DNA of 64,000 bases from contig MU005993.1 of NCBI GenBank assembly GCA_010093745.1, forward strand, positions 62,001 through 126,000. The letters run 5' to 3'. The DNA comes from Piedraia hortae CBS 480.64 (lineage: Eukaryota). Positions 9,870 through 22,800 of this stretch are shown piece after piece. Each line of letters begins with the position of its first letter. Positions within the stretch are counted from its first letter, which is position 1. Made by a program: the position numbers and the translations under genes. Under the pieces are notes generated by a model. The model saw nothing but the letters and a program-made list of their open reading frames with translations, was not told the DNA's origin and made no database searches.

Positions 9870-11574
9870 TTACTGTTCATTATAACTGGCAGCACTACCA
9901 AGGCTCTGGCCAAGGTTACAGCTGAGTCTCCTGCTAATGCCCTGCGTTCCCATGCCGATTGGAATGGACATTTTCCTTGGTGGATTCCCGGCTTCATCAT
10001 TTTGCTCATCATCTTCCTCATCCATGAGGTCATCATCATCCCCAAACCCTTCACCCTCCTCTAACAGAGACACGGGATATATCTGCAACAAGGCAATAGC
10101 TGTAAGGATCCACCACGGCAAAATGAGGTAACCGTGTTTGACACCGAGACTGAACATTCCACCGCCCAGAGCAGGTCCCACAGCGCGTCCAATGGCAGCA
10201 GCAGACGTGGCCAGTCCGTTTAGAGTGCCGAGCAACTGCAAACTCGGTGCCGAGTTCGTGAGCAAGATAGTACTGCAAGGGAAACCAAAGATGCCGCAGA
10301 AACATTTGACCAGCATCACCGCGAAGGCTCCAATCACCTGAGTCCTTTGCGTGGGTAGCAGAGCCGTAAAGGGCATTAGTGCATATGCGATTGGGTTGAC
10401 CCAGGCAACCACCTTGAGACAGTTCAGAACGCCGTACCTTCGGGCTACGCCGGGGAAGACGAAGAATTGAACCAGCATGCCAAACATCCCGTACGCTGTG
10501 CTGAGCATACCGATGGTGAAGTGGTCTAGGGAGTAGCCGCCTGCAAACTTCAGAGGGTTTCTCCCCGGCAGTGTTACGTCAGGGCTGCCAGAGTGGATCG
10601 AAGGATATTGCATGTGCACGGGTAACAGCTGGTCAAAGGTCATGGTGTGCATTGCAAAGAGAGCGTAGGTTGTCAAGTTTAGAACGGATTGGCGGTGGAG
10701 GACTTCGCGGATGGATGGGCGGGGTTTCTGAGGAGGCTTTGGAAGGCCAGACTCTCGGTCGGGATTCAGCAGTGGCTCCGTCTCGCTATCGTTGGATATG
10801 CTCAGACATGGCATTCTCCTGATGAACGATTTGACCAGATATACCAGTTTGCTGCCGAGTATCCGGCCATAGTCCCGTTTATCTCTCTTCGACTCCAACG
10901 TCTCGTGGAGAAACAAAACACCCGTGGTGATGCCTATGGCGAAGAAACAAGCGCATACCAAATTAGGCAAAGCATAAGGGAATCTCTGGAATAAACTCGG
11001 ATGCTCGAACTGCCTACCAGGCTCTACGTTGAACGGATTCGCCAGCGCACCACCAATCATTGGGCCGAAAATGCTCCCAATGTTCCAGACCAGCGGCATC
11101 AGACTAAACGCACGAGGCTGAAGTTCCTTGAAAGGAACCATCTCGGCAACTGTAGTGCGGATAATTCCCACGTTTCCGTTACCTATACCCGCCAGCGCTC
11201 TGGCAACGATAGCCATTGGCAAGTTTACACTGAACCCCCACATGAGGCTCGTAACCATGGTGCTCGTCATCCCAAGCAAGATGGCAACTTTGCGCCCGTA
11301 GACATCGCTAAAGCGGCCCCAAGGCACGCCAGCACACGCCTGGCAGAGCGAAAACGTTGCAGCCGCCAGACCTGCCCATTTGCCCACCTCGTTCTCAGCC
11401 ACGCCAAAAGACTTGATCATCTCCGGCAGGTAGGGAAAGAGCGAGGTGCCCGCTATCGGCTCCGCGAAGCGACATATTGCTGGCGGTGTCAACAGCCAAG
11501 CTGATCGATCTGGTGCACAAACCTAAGATTGTTAGCTGTTGGACGGGAAGCTTCCGTTCACGTCGCTGAGCCAT
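9870..11574 (-). CDS. MFS transporter (12 TM, ZIFL/tetracycline-transporter-like)
   Basis: Exon 1 11574-11523 (MAQRRERKLPVQQLTIL), intron 11522-11480, then AICRFAEPIA..., motif A WGRFSDVYGRK, and GNGNVGIIRT. Confidence 0.9.
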
Positions 11575-11786
11575 GCTGGCTGTCTGTGGAAAAGAAAAGG
11601 GAGGGCTTTGTACATGCGAGTGGCAAACACTCATCGGCTGAATGACTCGATGTTTTGCTTCCCCGCCGTGTCATCTGGTGGTCGGAAGACGCTTTGCCTG
11701 TTTAGGCAGTTGCCTACTTTGGCATCCGACCCCACCTCCGTTGGGGTACCGAACTGGCCATATCGAAGCGTCATTCATTAGTCATA

Positions 11787-12992
11787 TCAACTCTTAGTCT
11801 CGATGACCAAATCCTTTTTTGGTAATTTTCTACACGTCGGACACAGCCAGCTACCCTTTGGCTCGCTCTTCAAACCCACACACTCCCAGTGGAACCACTG
11901 ATATTGGCAGTTCTGGTTATCGCAACCGACCATGTCGCCATACGAAACCTTCTGGCAATAACAGTAAGGTTGTTGGTCGTCATCATCGTCGTTGTTGTTG
12001 TCGTTGTCCCCACCATGGACTCCAGGCGGCCTACGCATGAGACTCTGGTGCTGGTAGTCAGAAGCGCCATCGTGCTGTGACCTCTGCAGCGACGAAGGTG
12101 TAGGCGGGGCGCTACCATCCTGATCGTCTTCACTCAAGCTCGCATTCGTAGACGGCGTATTGTGGGCGAGAGCCCGTCGGCGGTCTTTTCTGTTGGAAGG
12201 ACGAGGCCGCTTCCGGCTCGTGGGGAGTTGTTTTCTCGCTCCTACTACGACGGACGACCGTGAAGGCTGCGCCGAAGTTGCGCGTGAAGAGACGGGCGGG
12301 ACATCTAGACTGGGAGTCGCAGGGCCGAGCGAAGCCTGGCGCATACTGGCTGATGCCGCTGGCGGGGGGTTCGGATTGGGATTAGTGATGGACCTTCGAA
12401 GCTTTGCTGCGTCTGAACTGCCTTCTCTCTGCTGCCTCATCATGACAGCCGGCGGAGCCGGTTTGCCCCCGGTAGTTTGAAGTTGGCGCATCTGGGCGAC
12501 TTTTGCCATGTTCGGCATACCGCCAGTCGATCCAATATTCCCCGTTCCAAGCCTCAGCCGTCCCGCCGCGGGTGTGTTGGTACCGGTCGCAGTGAGAAGG
12601 CTGGGTCCATTCCAGTCAGCGGGAAACTCTTCCCTAAGAGTCAGCGCCCGCAGGCCCATGTCAAGGCGCCTGATATGACGGTCGAGCACCTTCTGCATCT
12701 TCTCCGCAAGCCCTTGCTTCTCCGCCTGCAAAATCTCGCATCTATCGTAGTATTCAAAGACCGTTTTGCAAAACGCATCTTCCTTTGGGTGTGGCGTTGC
12801 ACAGCCGTTCTTGCGAACAAATGCCTGCAGCGCGTTGTCGCGTTTGTTGATCTCCTCCTTCAGTGCGTGTATCTGGATGTCTTTGGTACGGATTTCGTCA
12901 AGGATATGTGTGACCTCTGCTGGTACGTTGGCGACATCGTGCGTGTACTGCTCCAAAAGATTAGCTGCATCTTCTGGCGGTGGGTGTGCCAT
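11787..12992 (-). CDS. YNG2: ING-family PHD-finger protein (NuA4 subunit Yng2-like)
   Basis: Likely start [27 protein letters not shown] (ING N-terminal helical domain). C-terminal [35 protein letters not shown]...WLCPTC. Confidence 0.85.
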   Translation of the reverse strand: MAHPPPEDAANLLEQYTHDVANVPAEVTHILDEIRTKDIQIHALKEEINKRDNALQAFVRKNGCATPHPKEDAFCKTVFEYYDRCEILQAEKQGLAEKMQKVLDRHIRRLDMGLRALTLREEFPADWNGPSLLTATGTNTPAAGRLRLGTGNIGSTGGMPNMAKVAQMRQLQTTGGKPAPPAVMMRQQREGSSDAAKLRRSITNPNPNPPPAASASMRQASLGPATPSLDVPPVSSRATSAQPSRSSVVVGARKQLPTSRKRPRPSNRKDRRRALAHNTPSTNASLSEDDQDGSAPPTPSSLQRSQHDGASDYQHQSLMRRPPGVHGGDNDNNNDDDDDQQPYCYCQKVSYGDMVGCDNQNCQYQWFHWECVGLKSEPKGSWLCPTCRKLPKKDLVIETKS

Positions 12993-13481
12993 ATGGCGCA
13001 AATGCGGCGGTTGGATCAAGCTGGCATCGCAACCGCGGAACTCGTTCCGCACCCTAGGTGCATTAAGGGCTGGTCGCCAAGACGAGTGATACTGAGTGAC
13101 TAGACAGTGTCGTGAAAGCGTGAGAGCAGATCTATGTAAAATCTGGGCAATAACAACACAGAAGAGGCAGACATTTGGTGCGCATCTAGGCTCGGGCCGC
13201 TCTGTAACCGGACCGTACCTAGTTGCATGCCAATCCATCAAGCAATTTCTCAACACCTCCCACCCCCCTCCACACACAGGCACTATATCCTTCAAACCTA
13301 AAACAACCTTCATGCCATATTTGCGGAGTAATAAGTCCATTACCACTTGTAATAGAAACTAGCACCCTGAATGCACTCAATAGACACAATCTTCGCTACT
13401 ATTGCAACACTGCAACCCATCAAATCATCAGTAGTCATCGTTCAATGCCATGATACTAATACACGGGTATACCGCCAACTC

Positions 13482-15044
13482 CTACCTCAACTCCCCTCTC
13501 CCAGCGGGATCTCGCTCTTTCCATCTCCTCTCCCTCTCCGACTTCCCTGGGCCCATGCTCTGGTCCCGGTCGGCCCAAATTTTCTCCATGATGCTTTCGC
13601 GCGGCAGCTGATCCATCTGTACCCAAGGGCTCATGCTCACATAGCGCAGGTTATGCGCAGATTTCTTGATTAAGAGCTCGAGGTCAGCGTCCTTAACGCA
13701 ATTCTGATACGTACGCGGCAGCTGAGCGAGTAATTTGCCCTCTCCCTTATGTCGGCCCATAAACGCCTGCGGCCTTGGGACGAGTTCGAGAGGGATGCGC
13801 TCGCTGAGCTTGTCCTGATTATCTGTCGCAACGGCGGTTTCATAGCACCACGCCCTAGCGACGTTGCGGGGAGTATATCCCCCTCCGCCCACCAGCATGA
13901 GCGGGATGCGGAACCGCTTGATATAGTTGACGCATTCGCCGTGCTGGCGAATGCTAAGGTTGAACTGGCCCAGACGATCGCCGGCAAGGCTATCAGCGCC
14001 GCACTGCAGTACGATTGCTTGCGGCTTGTAGGCCTCGATCGTGCGGCTCGTTATGCTCTCAAAAAGATATTTATACTGCCGGTCGTCGATTCCGGAGCCG
14101 ATGGGGACGTTCATGGCAAAGCGCTCGCCCATGGTGCCCTTGAGGCCGATATCTGTTATGTCCCCTGTGCCGGGAAAGAACTTGCTGCCGGTGTTATCGT
14201 AGGCGCCGTATCGGTGGAAGCTCAGGGTCATGACGCGCGGCTGGCGCTGGAAGGCTTCCTCAACCCCGTCGCCGTGGTGCACGTCAATGTCAATGTACAG
14301 CACGCGTGCGTACACGCGCAGCAGGTCCAAAATGGCGAGGACAATGTCGTTGATGTAGCAGAAGCCGCTGGCGTCGGCCTTGTGTGCATGGTGCAGCCCG
14401 CCCGACCAATTGATCACCACATCCGACGTGTTGGACGTGAGCTTCTGGGCTGCCGCGAGACTTGCGCCTGTGTATAAGAAAAGGAATTTTGACATTCCGT
14501 CAAAGACGGGACAGTCTGCACCGGGGCTTATAGATAGATTGAATGGGCCCAGCTCTATGGAGTCGCCGTCTTGCAGCGGCGGGATGTGAGCTGCGTACCG
14601 CGCTTGTCGACAAAGTTCTTCGTAGTTGCTTGATGTCACTTCTGATAGAAAATCAATGTAGTCTGGGTCGTGAAAGGCGCACAGCTGGGCTTTATCTGCT
14701 GCTACGGCCTCGTAAGTGTCCATGGCGTGCTGCAGTCCGTATGCCAAAACCAGGTGCTTTGTGAGGGCCAGACGCCATGGCTTCATTGGGTGTGACTGTC
14801 CAAAGTGCATGTTCTCGACTCCGCTCTGATAGTGGAACGAGACCTTGTGCCCCTTGGGCCGAGTAATGCCCAATTCTTCCACATTGCGCATTATTGCTGT
14901 GTTCAGCTCTTTTTCTCGCAGCGCAATCTCGTCGTCTTCAGGCATCGGTGGCTCTTCCCGAGGCCCGCAAGACGATATTGGCTTGATCGCATGCTTTGGC
15001 ACTGCCGGTGACCACTCTTGAATGACGCTGCCGCGCACGGCCAT
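13482..15044 (-). CDS. HOS2: Class I histone deacetylase, Hos2-like
   Basis: HPMKPWRL, DCPVFDG, NWSGGLHHA, SGFCYINDIV, YIDIDVHHGDGVEEAF, QCGADSL and GGGGYT. The KPWRL motif is typical of the Hos2 clade. Confidence 0.88.
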   Translation of the reverse strand: MAVRGSVIQEWSPAVPKHAIKPISSCGPREEPPMPEDDEIALREKELNTAIMRNVEELGITRPKGHKVSFHYQSGVENMHFGQSHPMKPWRLALTKHLVLAYGLQHAMDTYEAVAADKAQLCAFHDPDYIDFLSEVTSSNYEELCRQARYAAHIPPLQDGDSIELGPFNLSISPGADCPVFDGMSKFLFLYTGASLAAAQKLTSNTSDVVINWSGGLHHAHKADASGFCYINDIVLAILDLLRVYARVLYIDIDVHHGDGVEEAFQRQPRVMTLSFHRYGAYDNTGSKFFPGTGDITDIGLKGTMGERFAMNVPIGSGIDDRQYKYLFESITSRTIEAYKPQAIVLQCGADSLAGDRLGQFNLSIRQHGECVNYIKRFRIPLMLVGGGGYTPRNVARAWCYETAVATDNQDKLSERIPLELVPRPQAFMGRHKGEGKLLAQLPRTYQNCVKDADLELLIKKSAHNLRYVSMSPWVQMDQLPRESIMEKIWADRDQSMGPGKSERERRWKERDPAGRGELR

Positions 15045-15831
15045 CTATTGACGCTGTATTGGTATGCGAAGGATTTTCAAATTGTCTGCAACTCTTGTAT
15101 CGTGTAAATTGCCCAGGTGTAACGAACGACGTGTGGTAAGAACGATGGAAGTTGAACTCTGCGCCTCTAGCTCAATGTGGCGTCTGTCAATCCCCGTACT
15201 CCGTTCGGCCCGAAACGGGCCGAACCTTATCGTGTTCCGGCGCACTGGAAATGCGGGGATCGACCACCTCACTCTGGACATACACTTCCTGTTTCACAAG
15301 TCTAGTTGCCATAACGGCCGCACCTCACATCAGCGATTAGAACTGCGCTGGCTCAAACCTCGATGCCCCAAGGCTTATTCTGGGTGCTTACAGCTGGTTG
15401 ATCATGTAGCATTCTGGAAAAGAGAGATGACAGGTGACAATGTCTCTGTCAACTTCACAAACTCGGATGCATAACTGTTACTATCTGGCCCATCGCTGAA
15501 ATAGGCAATCTTACAGACACTCTACAGACAGCTTGACACAGGTTCAGAAAATCTGTAACGTTAGGTAACAAGAAGTACATACATTGCTGTGTAAACCTGT
15601 GATAGTAACCTATGCCATGACCAATCGTGGAGGCACAATCCTTTGGTTCTGAAAACTATGAGCAAGCTCGCACGCAGGCATACCTACCTGCACGTACAAA
15701 TTATCCTCTTCACTATATAGCCCTTTCCAAGTATAAAAGTCAGGGCTGTAACAGTCTCTTTTCCTCCAAAACATTTTCCACCCCACTCTGACAAACAACA
15801 AAGAGAATGGCTTAGCACCATACCTTTAATC

Positions 15832-15948
15832 CACGGCCGTTACCTATATACATGCGAAGAGAAGTACAACGGAAAGAACCAAGGATATCTTATCATCGAA
15901 CACTGCTGGCCTATCGGGAAACCTTACTGTTGCCTATCAGATAACTAA
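15832..15948 (+). pseudogene. Possible degraded relic of the Cys-rich peptide family
   Basis: Frame reads HGRYLYTCEEKYNGKNQGYLIIEHCWPIGKPYCCLSDN* with a C-x7-CC-L terminus like copies 1-4. TATAAAA at ~15732. No signal peptide or start codon was recoverable. Confidence 0.3.
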
Positions 15949-18726
15949 TTCTTCAGATACTACCTCTCTTCAGTCTTAAGAAAATTTCGAATTGGAGTCC
16001 CTTGCGAAGATTTGGCTCAAGGGTGACTGACCAGAATCCTGCAAACAACAAGTTTCCGATCACCCAGCAAGAGATGAGGTATCAAGCACAATCAATTGTG
16101 TTTTTGCATGCTTCTACCAACAGCAACTACGTCACCAATACGAACTCAGATTCTATCCGATCCATGGAGAGGCAATTGGATGCACTCTGGTCCCTTGATG
16201 GGAGAAGGCAAGGTGACAGATACCATCATCAAACTCGCCTTCGTTCCTCTGCCTTCAGCAAACCACTTGAATATATGAGGGAAACAAATGCAAAGTTGAC
16301 ATTCCAGAACACAGCAGAAAGTTCTATTTTCTGCGACGAAGACTTGCAAACCATTGCTTTCCGGAAACCTCTAGAATATCCCTTCTATACTCTACAGACG
16401 TGGAAATATGAATAGATCCCGGCGTTCACGGTATGTGCAGCCGGAACCGACGAGTTTGAAGAACAGGGTTCCTCCCAATCTATCTCGCAACCAGAATTCG
16501 TATAGCCACACATCTATAACAACAAGTGTATGGCCTCGCAAAACGGCTACGAAGCTGTGTATTCAAAAGGCGCATTCGGAACCGACGCTGGTGGTTGCAT
16601 CTTGACCTTCCTAATGAACAATATCCATCCAACTCACCCAACGTTTTCATAGGAGTGTTAAGACTTCTAAAGCGAGAAAACTCGCTTTTCTTTTCACTTC
16701 TTTGCCATGCTTGACTGCCTCTCCGATGGTCAAAACTGAGATCGGATTTTACAGAGGCGATCATCATCCTCATCTTGATCATTCTCACCATCCTAGAAAA
16801 GATGGGTTGAAAACGTCCAACATGCGTCCTTATTGTCGCTTCTCTCCTCGACGAAACGATTGGAGATACAATAACAACAGACTGAAAATTCGCGTTTGGA
16901 AAAGTGCGAGAACTTCGTGTATTTGTGACGAAGATCCGCAGAACACTAAAACTACAACAACATTTATCCACTCCGTTTCTCTGCGTTAGAGAATAAGCTC
17001 ATGACAGCGGTTGAATCCGAGGATGCCACTTCAAGCCTCATCTCCGGTGGGAGGATGAAGGTGAACTACTTATTCGCAATTTATGCCTCGACTTCGTGAC
17101 TGAGCCACGCATGCAACCAGTACATCACAGCAGCCATCAATGTCCTCGAAGGGAGCTGGAGATGAACTACCGCTCCAGGATATCATGTCCCGACTTATAT
17201 TGCTGAGGTTTGTAAGCAGTTAGTACATACTTAGAACAGCCTTCTCAGCTAATTGCGGCTTGTTGCATCACCATTAACCAGAGTGGAAGTCTTCATCCAA
17301 GAAGAAATCTGGTTGGCAACAGCTGCAGCAAACCACTGTTGCTTTGTTCTTCTTCAGTTAAACTTTCATGGGGGTCTGGGAGTTCCCCAAGTATCTGAAG
17401 CGGAAGGAGCAGACCCAGCAAACCCTCTGTTTTGTTGGATCTGGTCTCTCGAAATGCCTCCACGAAAGTCTCTTGGCTGTTCAAGTGACTTAACTCCACC
17501 ATATTGGCTGGAGGAAGTTAGTGATTCTCCCATCTGCAGGTATTTTGCCCTTGGCTCAAGCATCTGAGTTACACAGACGTAATATACAGTTATGGACGAG
17601 GGTTGAGCGAAGCTTTGTCCGACAATCAGCAAGTTGTTTCTTGCTGATCCTGCTCCAACTGGGGCAAATGTTCCTCCTCTCAACACTGATGAAGTATGAC
17701 TTGGCATTCCCCTGTGGGGGAAGAAGGCGAAGACGACAGTTGTTGCTCAAAGCATCTTCAATCTCCGAATCAAGGCCCACTGCCAACTGTGGGATTTTTC
17801 TGGAGAACTGATATGAGCTGCGTGGTTCTTTTTCAGGGAAAAAGTTGCCTTGTCCAAGTGATTGCTTTTCAACCCAAGGTTGAGGAATTGGAAATGAAGC
17901 TTTGAACTTGTCCTTTTCGCCTCAGGTCGTGTTGCTCAAATGCGTGCTCAAAACTGGGAAGATCTCGCGGCTTTCTTGCACCAAGAAACTAATGACCTTG
18001 CGGGTCGTGACAAATAACCCATTCAGACTGGTCCATTCGCGATTCATGGAATGACTTGCAAATATCCTCCTTATCTGGGAAGTGTTTCACACGATCGAGA
18101 GTTTGCCAAAGAAATGCGTATTAAGTCATGCACTGCTCGGTTCTGGAGCTCGATTGCGTGCACGAAACCTGTCCCATCTCCTTCACATCAGGAGGACAAG
18201 GACATTACAGGGCCGTGACAAGCCACCAAAATTGGTTGTTCTTCAACCCATAGCTATGCCGCACAAGAGAGAGTCATCATCGACTAGTCAATTCGTGGGC
18301 CAAAGGTGGAACTGTCTCTCAAGACCGTCTTGCTAAACCCCAGTTCAAAGCTGGAAGTGAGATTTGAGTTTTCACTCCTCGAACGAGGGACCAAGCAGCT
18401 CCTTGGACTTCATCAGTTAGACAACAGCAAGTAGCTAAATTTATACAGATATGTTTCCGAAATATTCAAAAGTTCCTAATACAGTCTTCAAATATTTCCA
18501 AAGTGGACATCGACAGAGCCGTGCTCCCAAATATCAGTTCATCTTTGGGCTAAAGTTTGAGCAGACAGCATTGAGCATCATGTCCGGTGCTTCCTTTCTT
18601 AGCCCCTACGCGAATGATCAGCTGATACACATGCAAAAGCGATGAAAAAGAGGTCCCGCATGCACCATGACCTCATGCCCTACCCACCCCATCTAACCAC
18701 TCCGCGCCCCCAGCACGTAGACACCA

Positions 18727-19527
18727 ATGCCCCAACGCCGAAGGGCTAAACCGTCCACGAAACCCTCTCCGCAAAGCGACCCTCCCCCACTCCCTTCAGA
18801 GGAAGAAAGAAAACCATTCCCCTTCTTCTCGCTACCCGGCGAACTCCGCAATGTGATCTACCGGTACGCCCTCCACGTCTCACGGCCCCTCGACCTGGAC
18901 GTTTCCAACACGCATCTCATCCGACCATTACTCTCATCCCTCTTCGTCAACCGCCAAATGCACTCCGAAACCTACCCGATTTTCTACTCACAGGCTATAC
19001 GGTTATTCCCACATCATACGAGCAAGTTCTTCTACACGAGGCGCCCGCTGCTGGCGCGACTGCCTAGACGGTACCGCAACGTGGTGACGTGTTTGGATGT
19101 GACGTTTGGACCGGGATGGTCCGATCCGCCAAAGGGACATGTGACGCGGGGGAACGCGGTGCTGGGGTTGGGAGATTGTGTGCGTGTGAGGGAGGTGAAT
19201 GTGCTGGTGATGTGTGATCCCAGTGACGTTATGTTTGAGGGGTGGAGGGGTGGGGATGCTTCGCCGACTGGGTATACCGAGAGGTGTGTGGATGTGCTGG
19301 AGGGGTTGTGTGAGCAGTTGCCGAACTTGGAGAGGGTTGTGCTTGACGCGTTTAAGCCCGCTTTGGGAGGGAAATTGGTCACCGCGTTGGTGGAGGTTGT
19401 GGAAGGGTTCGGGTTGAGGTTTGTTAAAGGGACGAGGTGGGTGGACGAGGAGAGTGAAGGTTTGGAGACAGAGTTTGGGGGACTCAGGGTAGGGACATGC
19501 ACGAGTTGCGAGGTGTTAGTAGTCTAG
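18727..19527 (+). CDS. Fungal F-box-like hypothetical protein
   Basis: 266-aa ORF with PFPFFSLPGELRNVIYRYAL and VNRQMHSETYPIFYS motifs. Confidence 0.75.
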   Translation: MPQRRRAKPSTKPSPQSDPPPLPSEEERKPFPFFSLPGELRNVIYRYALHVSRPLDLDVSNTHLIRPLLSSLFVNRQMHSETYPIFYSQAIRLFPHHTSKFFYTRRPLLARLPRRYRNVVTCLDVTFGPGWSDPPKGHVTRGNAVLGLGDCVRVREVNVLVMCDPSDVMFEGWRGGDASPTGYTERCVDVLEGLCEQLPNLERVVLDAFKPALGGKLVTALVEVVEGFGLRFVKGTRWVDEESEGLETEFGGLRVGTCTSCEVLVV

Positions 19528-19841
19528 CTAGGCTATGTGCGTGTGGTCGTCATGTCTCGTCTCAACGGGAGTCTGCTGCTCACTGCTGGGAAATCCGGAG
19601 AAATCTCAGCTACAGCTCTTCTTGGGAAACGATGGGCTCCTTCTCCCCAGCTAATACAACCGCAAGTCCATGGCGCGTGTGCGCGGACAAGTGGCCTTGA
19701 TTCTGCACTGGGTGTATCAACTTGGGGAAGAAGGAGCGAGCGGGGAAAATTTGAGGTACACTGAAAGGAGCGGGTGGGGCCGCAAGCCAAAAGTAGCAAT
19801 CAGTTTACGGCTTCAACACATTTCTGGATTTCTACGACACC

Positions 19842-22800
19842 ATGACTGCATTTGCGGTCGAGGTTGCCGGAGAAGCAAATCCGCTGACAGAGAGACAACT
19901 GGTGCAGACGTTGCAGGCGACCTCGTCTTCGGTCCCTCATCAGATACAGACAGGTACCAAACAGCTGCAGACATGGGCGCGGCAAAAGGGCTTCTACACC
20001 ATGCTGCAGTCGGCTTACCTCGACCACTCGCTCCCTGTGGAATCCCGCTACATGGCTATTATCCAACTAAAGAACGGTATTGATAAACACTGGCGTAAGA
20101 CGGCTACACACTCAATTTCCTCGGACGAGAAGGATGGCATCCGCTCGCGGCTGGTTCAAGGCTGTTTGGACGAACCCGACGACCGACTTGCTCTACAGAG
20201 CGCCCTTGTGGTGGCCAAGGTCGCCAGACTCGAATGTCCCACTGTATGGCCCGATCTCATGCCTTCCCTGGCGCAACGCCTCCGTCAGGCTTCCTCGTCA
20301 TCACCAGTGCAGCTCACCCGCTGTCTGTTGGTGTTGCTGCAGGTGATCAAAGAGCTTGGGGCTACCCGTTTTCCACGAACACGGCGCCACCTACTTGTCG
20401 TAACGCCTGAGCTGGTCCATGTACTCAGCGGGTTATACACGGCCGCAATCACATCATGGCAGCAGCAGGGCAGCGAGCAGGGCATTGCAACTGGAGTAGC
20501 GACACTTAAAGTGTTGAGACGACTGATCATCTATGGATACGAACACCCGCATCGTGACGACGATGTTGCCACCTTCTGGAGTTCTTCTCAGCAGTTCTTT
20601 GGCTCGCTTCTGCAGCAGAGGCAGCAGACGCCGCTGGTGGATAAGAACCTCGTGCAGCTCGCCAAACTGCACCGTAACATGGCGCGGGACCATCCGGCCT
20701 CGTTTGTGCTCCTCCCGCAATCTAGGGACCTTGCCATGGCCTACTGGGGGCTGATCAAGCAGTTTGGGCAGACGTTTTCATCCCGAGAAGAGATTACGGG
20801 CGCCAATGCAAACGGATCTGCCGGGAATGGGGAACAACAGACCTCCACCAACGAAAAGATTGCCCTTTTCGGGCTTTTACTGATTCGGGCATGTGTGAAG
20901 ATGGTGCATAACCCCGTAGGGTCATTTAGATACTCAGCGGGCGAGACCAAGCAAGAGCAGGTTCGAGCAAGGACATTGCTCCGGGAGCAGCTGTTAGGTC
21001 TGGATTTTGTGCAGGAGATGGCCGACACGCTCATCGCGCGGTTTTTTGTCTTCCGTGCCAGCGATCTGAAGGAGTGGGAGGAAGAGCCAGAGGAGTGGGA
21101 GAAGCGGCAAGACGGTGAAAGCGATGACTGGGAGTTTAGCATTCGATCGTGTGCAGAGAAGCTCTTTCTCGACCTCGCCATCAACTATAGGGAAAGCTTC
21201 GTCCAGCCGCTCCTCAGCGTCTTCTACTCCGTTGCGAGCACGCAGAATAACGATTACCTTGCCAAGGATTCGGTCTACACGGCCATTGGCCTCGCCGCGC
21301 CCGTCCTGCTGGACGATGTAGACTTTGATCGCTTCCTGAACGACGTCCTTGTGTATGAAGTGCAGAAGCATCAGCCGGGGTTTAATATCTTGAGACGGAG
21401 GGCGGCCATCCTCATCGGTCAGTGGATTTCAGTGAAGATCAACAGTCGTGAAGTCGTATTGCAGATATTCGCCCATTTATTAAGCACAAATGATCCGTTA
21501 AATGACCAAGTCGTTCGAATAACGGCGGGTCGGCAGTTGGCAAAAGTTGTGGATGATTGGGGTACCACAGCAGAACATCTCCAGCCATACGCAGAGACGC
21601 TGTTGTCGAGACTTCTGAACCTAATCGACGAGATCGAGCTAGGCGATACGAAGCTAGTCCTGGTGAATACCGTGTCCGTTTTCATAACCAAGATGGAGTC
21701 GAATATTGCACCTTTCGCAGAAGGCATAGTCAAGATTCTGCCAGCGCTGTGGGAGAACTCCGGCGATGAGCATCTGATGAAGCAGAGGATACTGGTCATA
21801 TTTGTAGCGTTGGTGAATGCAATGCAGAAAGACTCAACGCCGCTGCACAGCATGGTGTTTCCCATCATAAAAGGCTCTGTACAGCCCGGGTCGGAGATGG
21901 AAGTCTATCTCTTGGAGGATGCCCTGGACTTGTTGGCGGCAATTTTGTATCAGACAGATCAGGCAAGCCCCGCTCTTTGCGACTTGTTTCCTAGCATCCT
22001 GCCTCTATTGGAGAAGGGTTCGGATAGCCTGAGACGGGCACTGGAGATTATCAGTAGCTACGTGCTACTAGCACCAGAGTATGTTCTCCGAGAGGACGTC
22101 AGGAGGAAGCTCATCTCAGCACTGGTAGCTCTGCTTCCAGTGCTCAAGACCAAAGCGTATGCAAACGGAATGGCCTGTGGAATAGTTGAGGCGATGATCC
22201 GCCAGGCATTCCGTCTTGGCGACGAGATGGCCGTCAACCGGCTCACCGCAGACCTCATGCCGCTTTTCACAGTCGCCCTCCAAACGCTACATGGGTGTTG
22301 GACCGCGCACAGCGCCACGGGAACGGGTGCAATGGACCCACCGATTGATGGTTTTGTGGAGAAGGACTACTATTCCATTTTCTCCCGCCTCATCCTTGCA
22401 AGCCTCGGCAGCTTCATTGAAGCCATGGAGGCGTTCGCCAAAGGCAAGGGAGAGACTTCACAGGATACAATGAACTGGTTCCTAGAAGACTGGTTCGACA
22501 TGTTTGAAAACCACAATGATCCGGAGCGACGGAAGCTGATGACTTTGGCTTTGACGAGACTCCTTGAAACACGACATTCGTTCATCCTGAGCCGCCTCCA
22601 GAATCTCATGACGGTGTGGACGGACGTTGTGACGGAGTTACGCAACGACGTTGAAGACAACACCGCGGTCACGTCAGACAGCCTTGTCTACAACCCTCCC
22701 GAAGAAGGATTTCCCAGCAGTTTTGGGGCGGAAGACAAGCGTAAGACAGAAATGCTTTACAGCGATGAAGTGCATGTAATTAACCTGCCGCAATGGATCA

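Noticed and set aside
12993..13346. N-terminal extension of the YNG2 ORF
   Set aside because: Depends on a non-ATG or poorly supported start; ING homology begins at ATG 12992.
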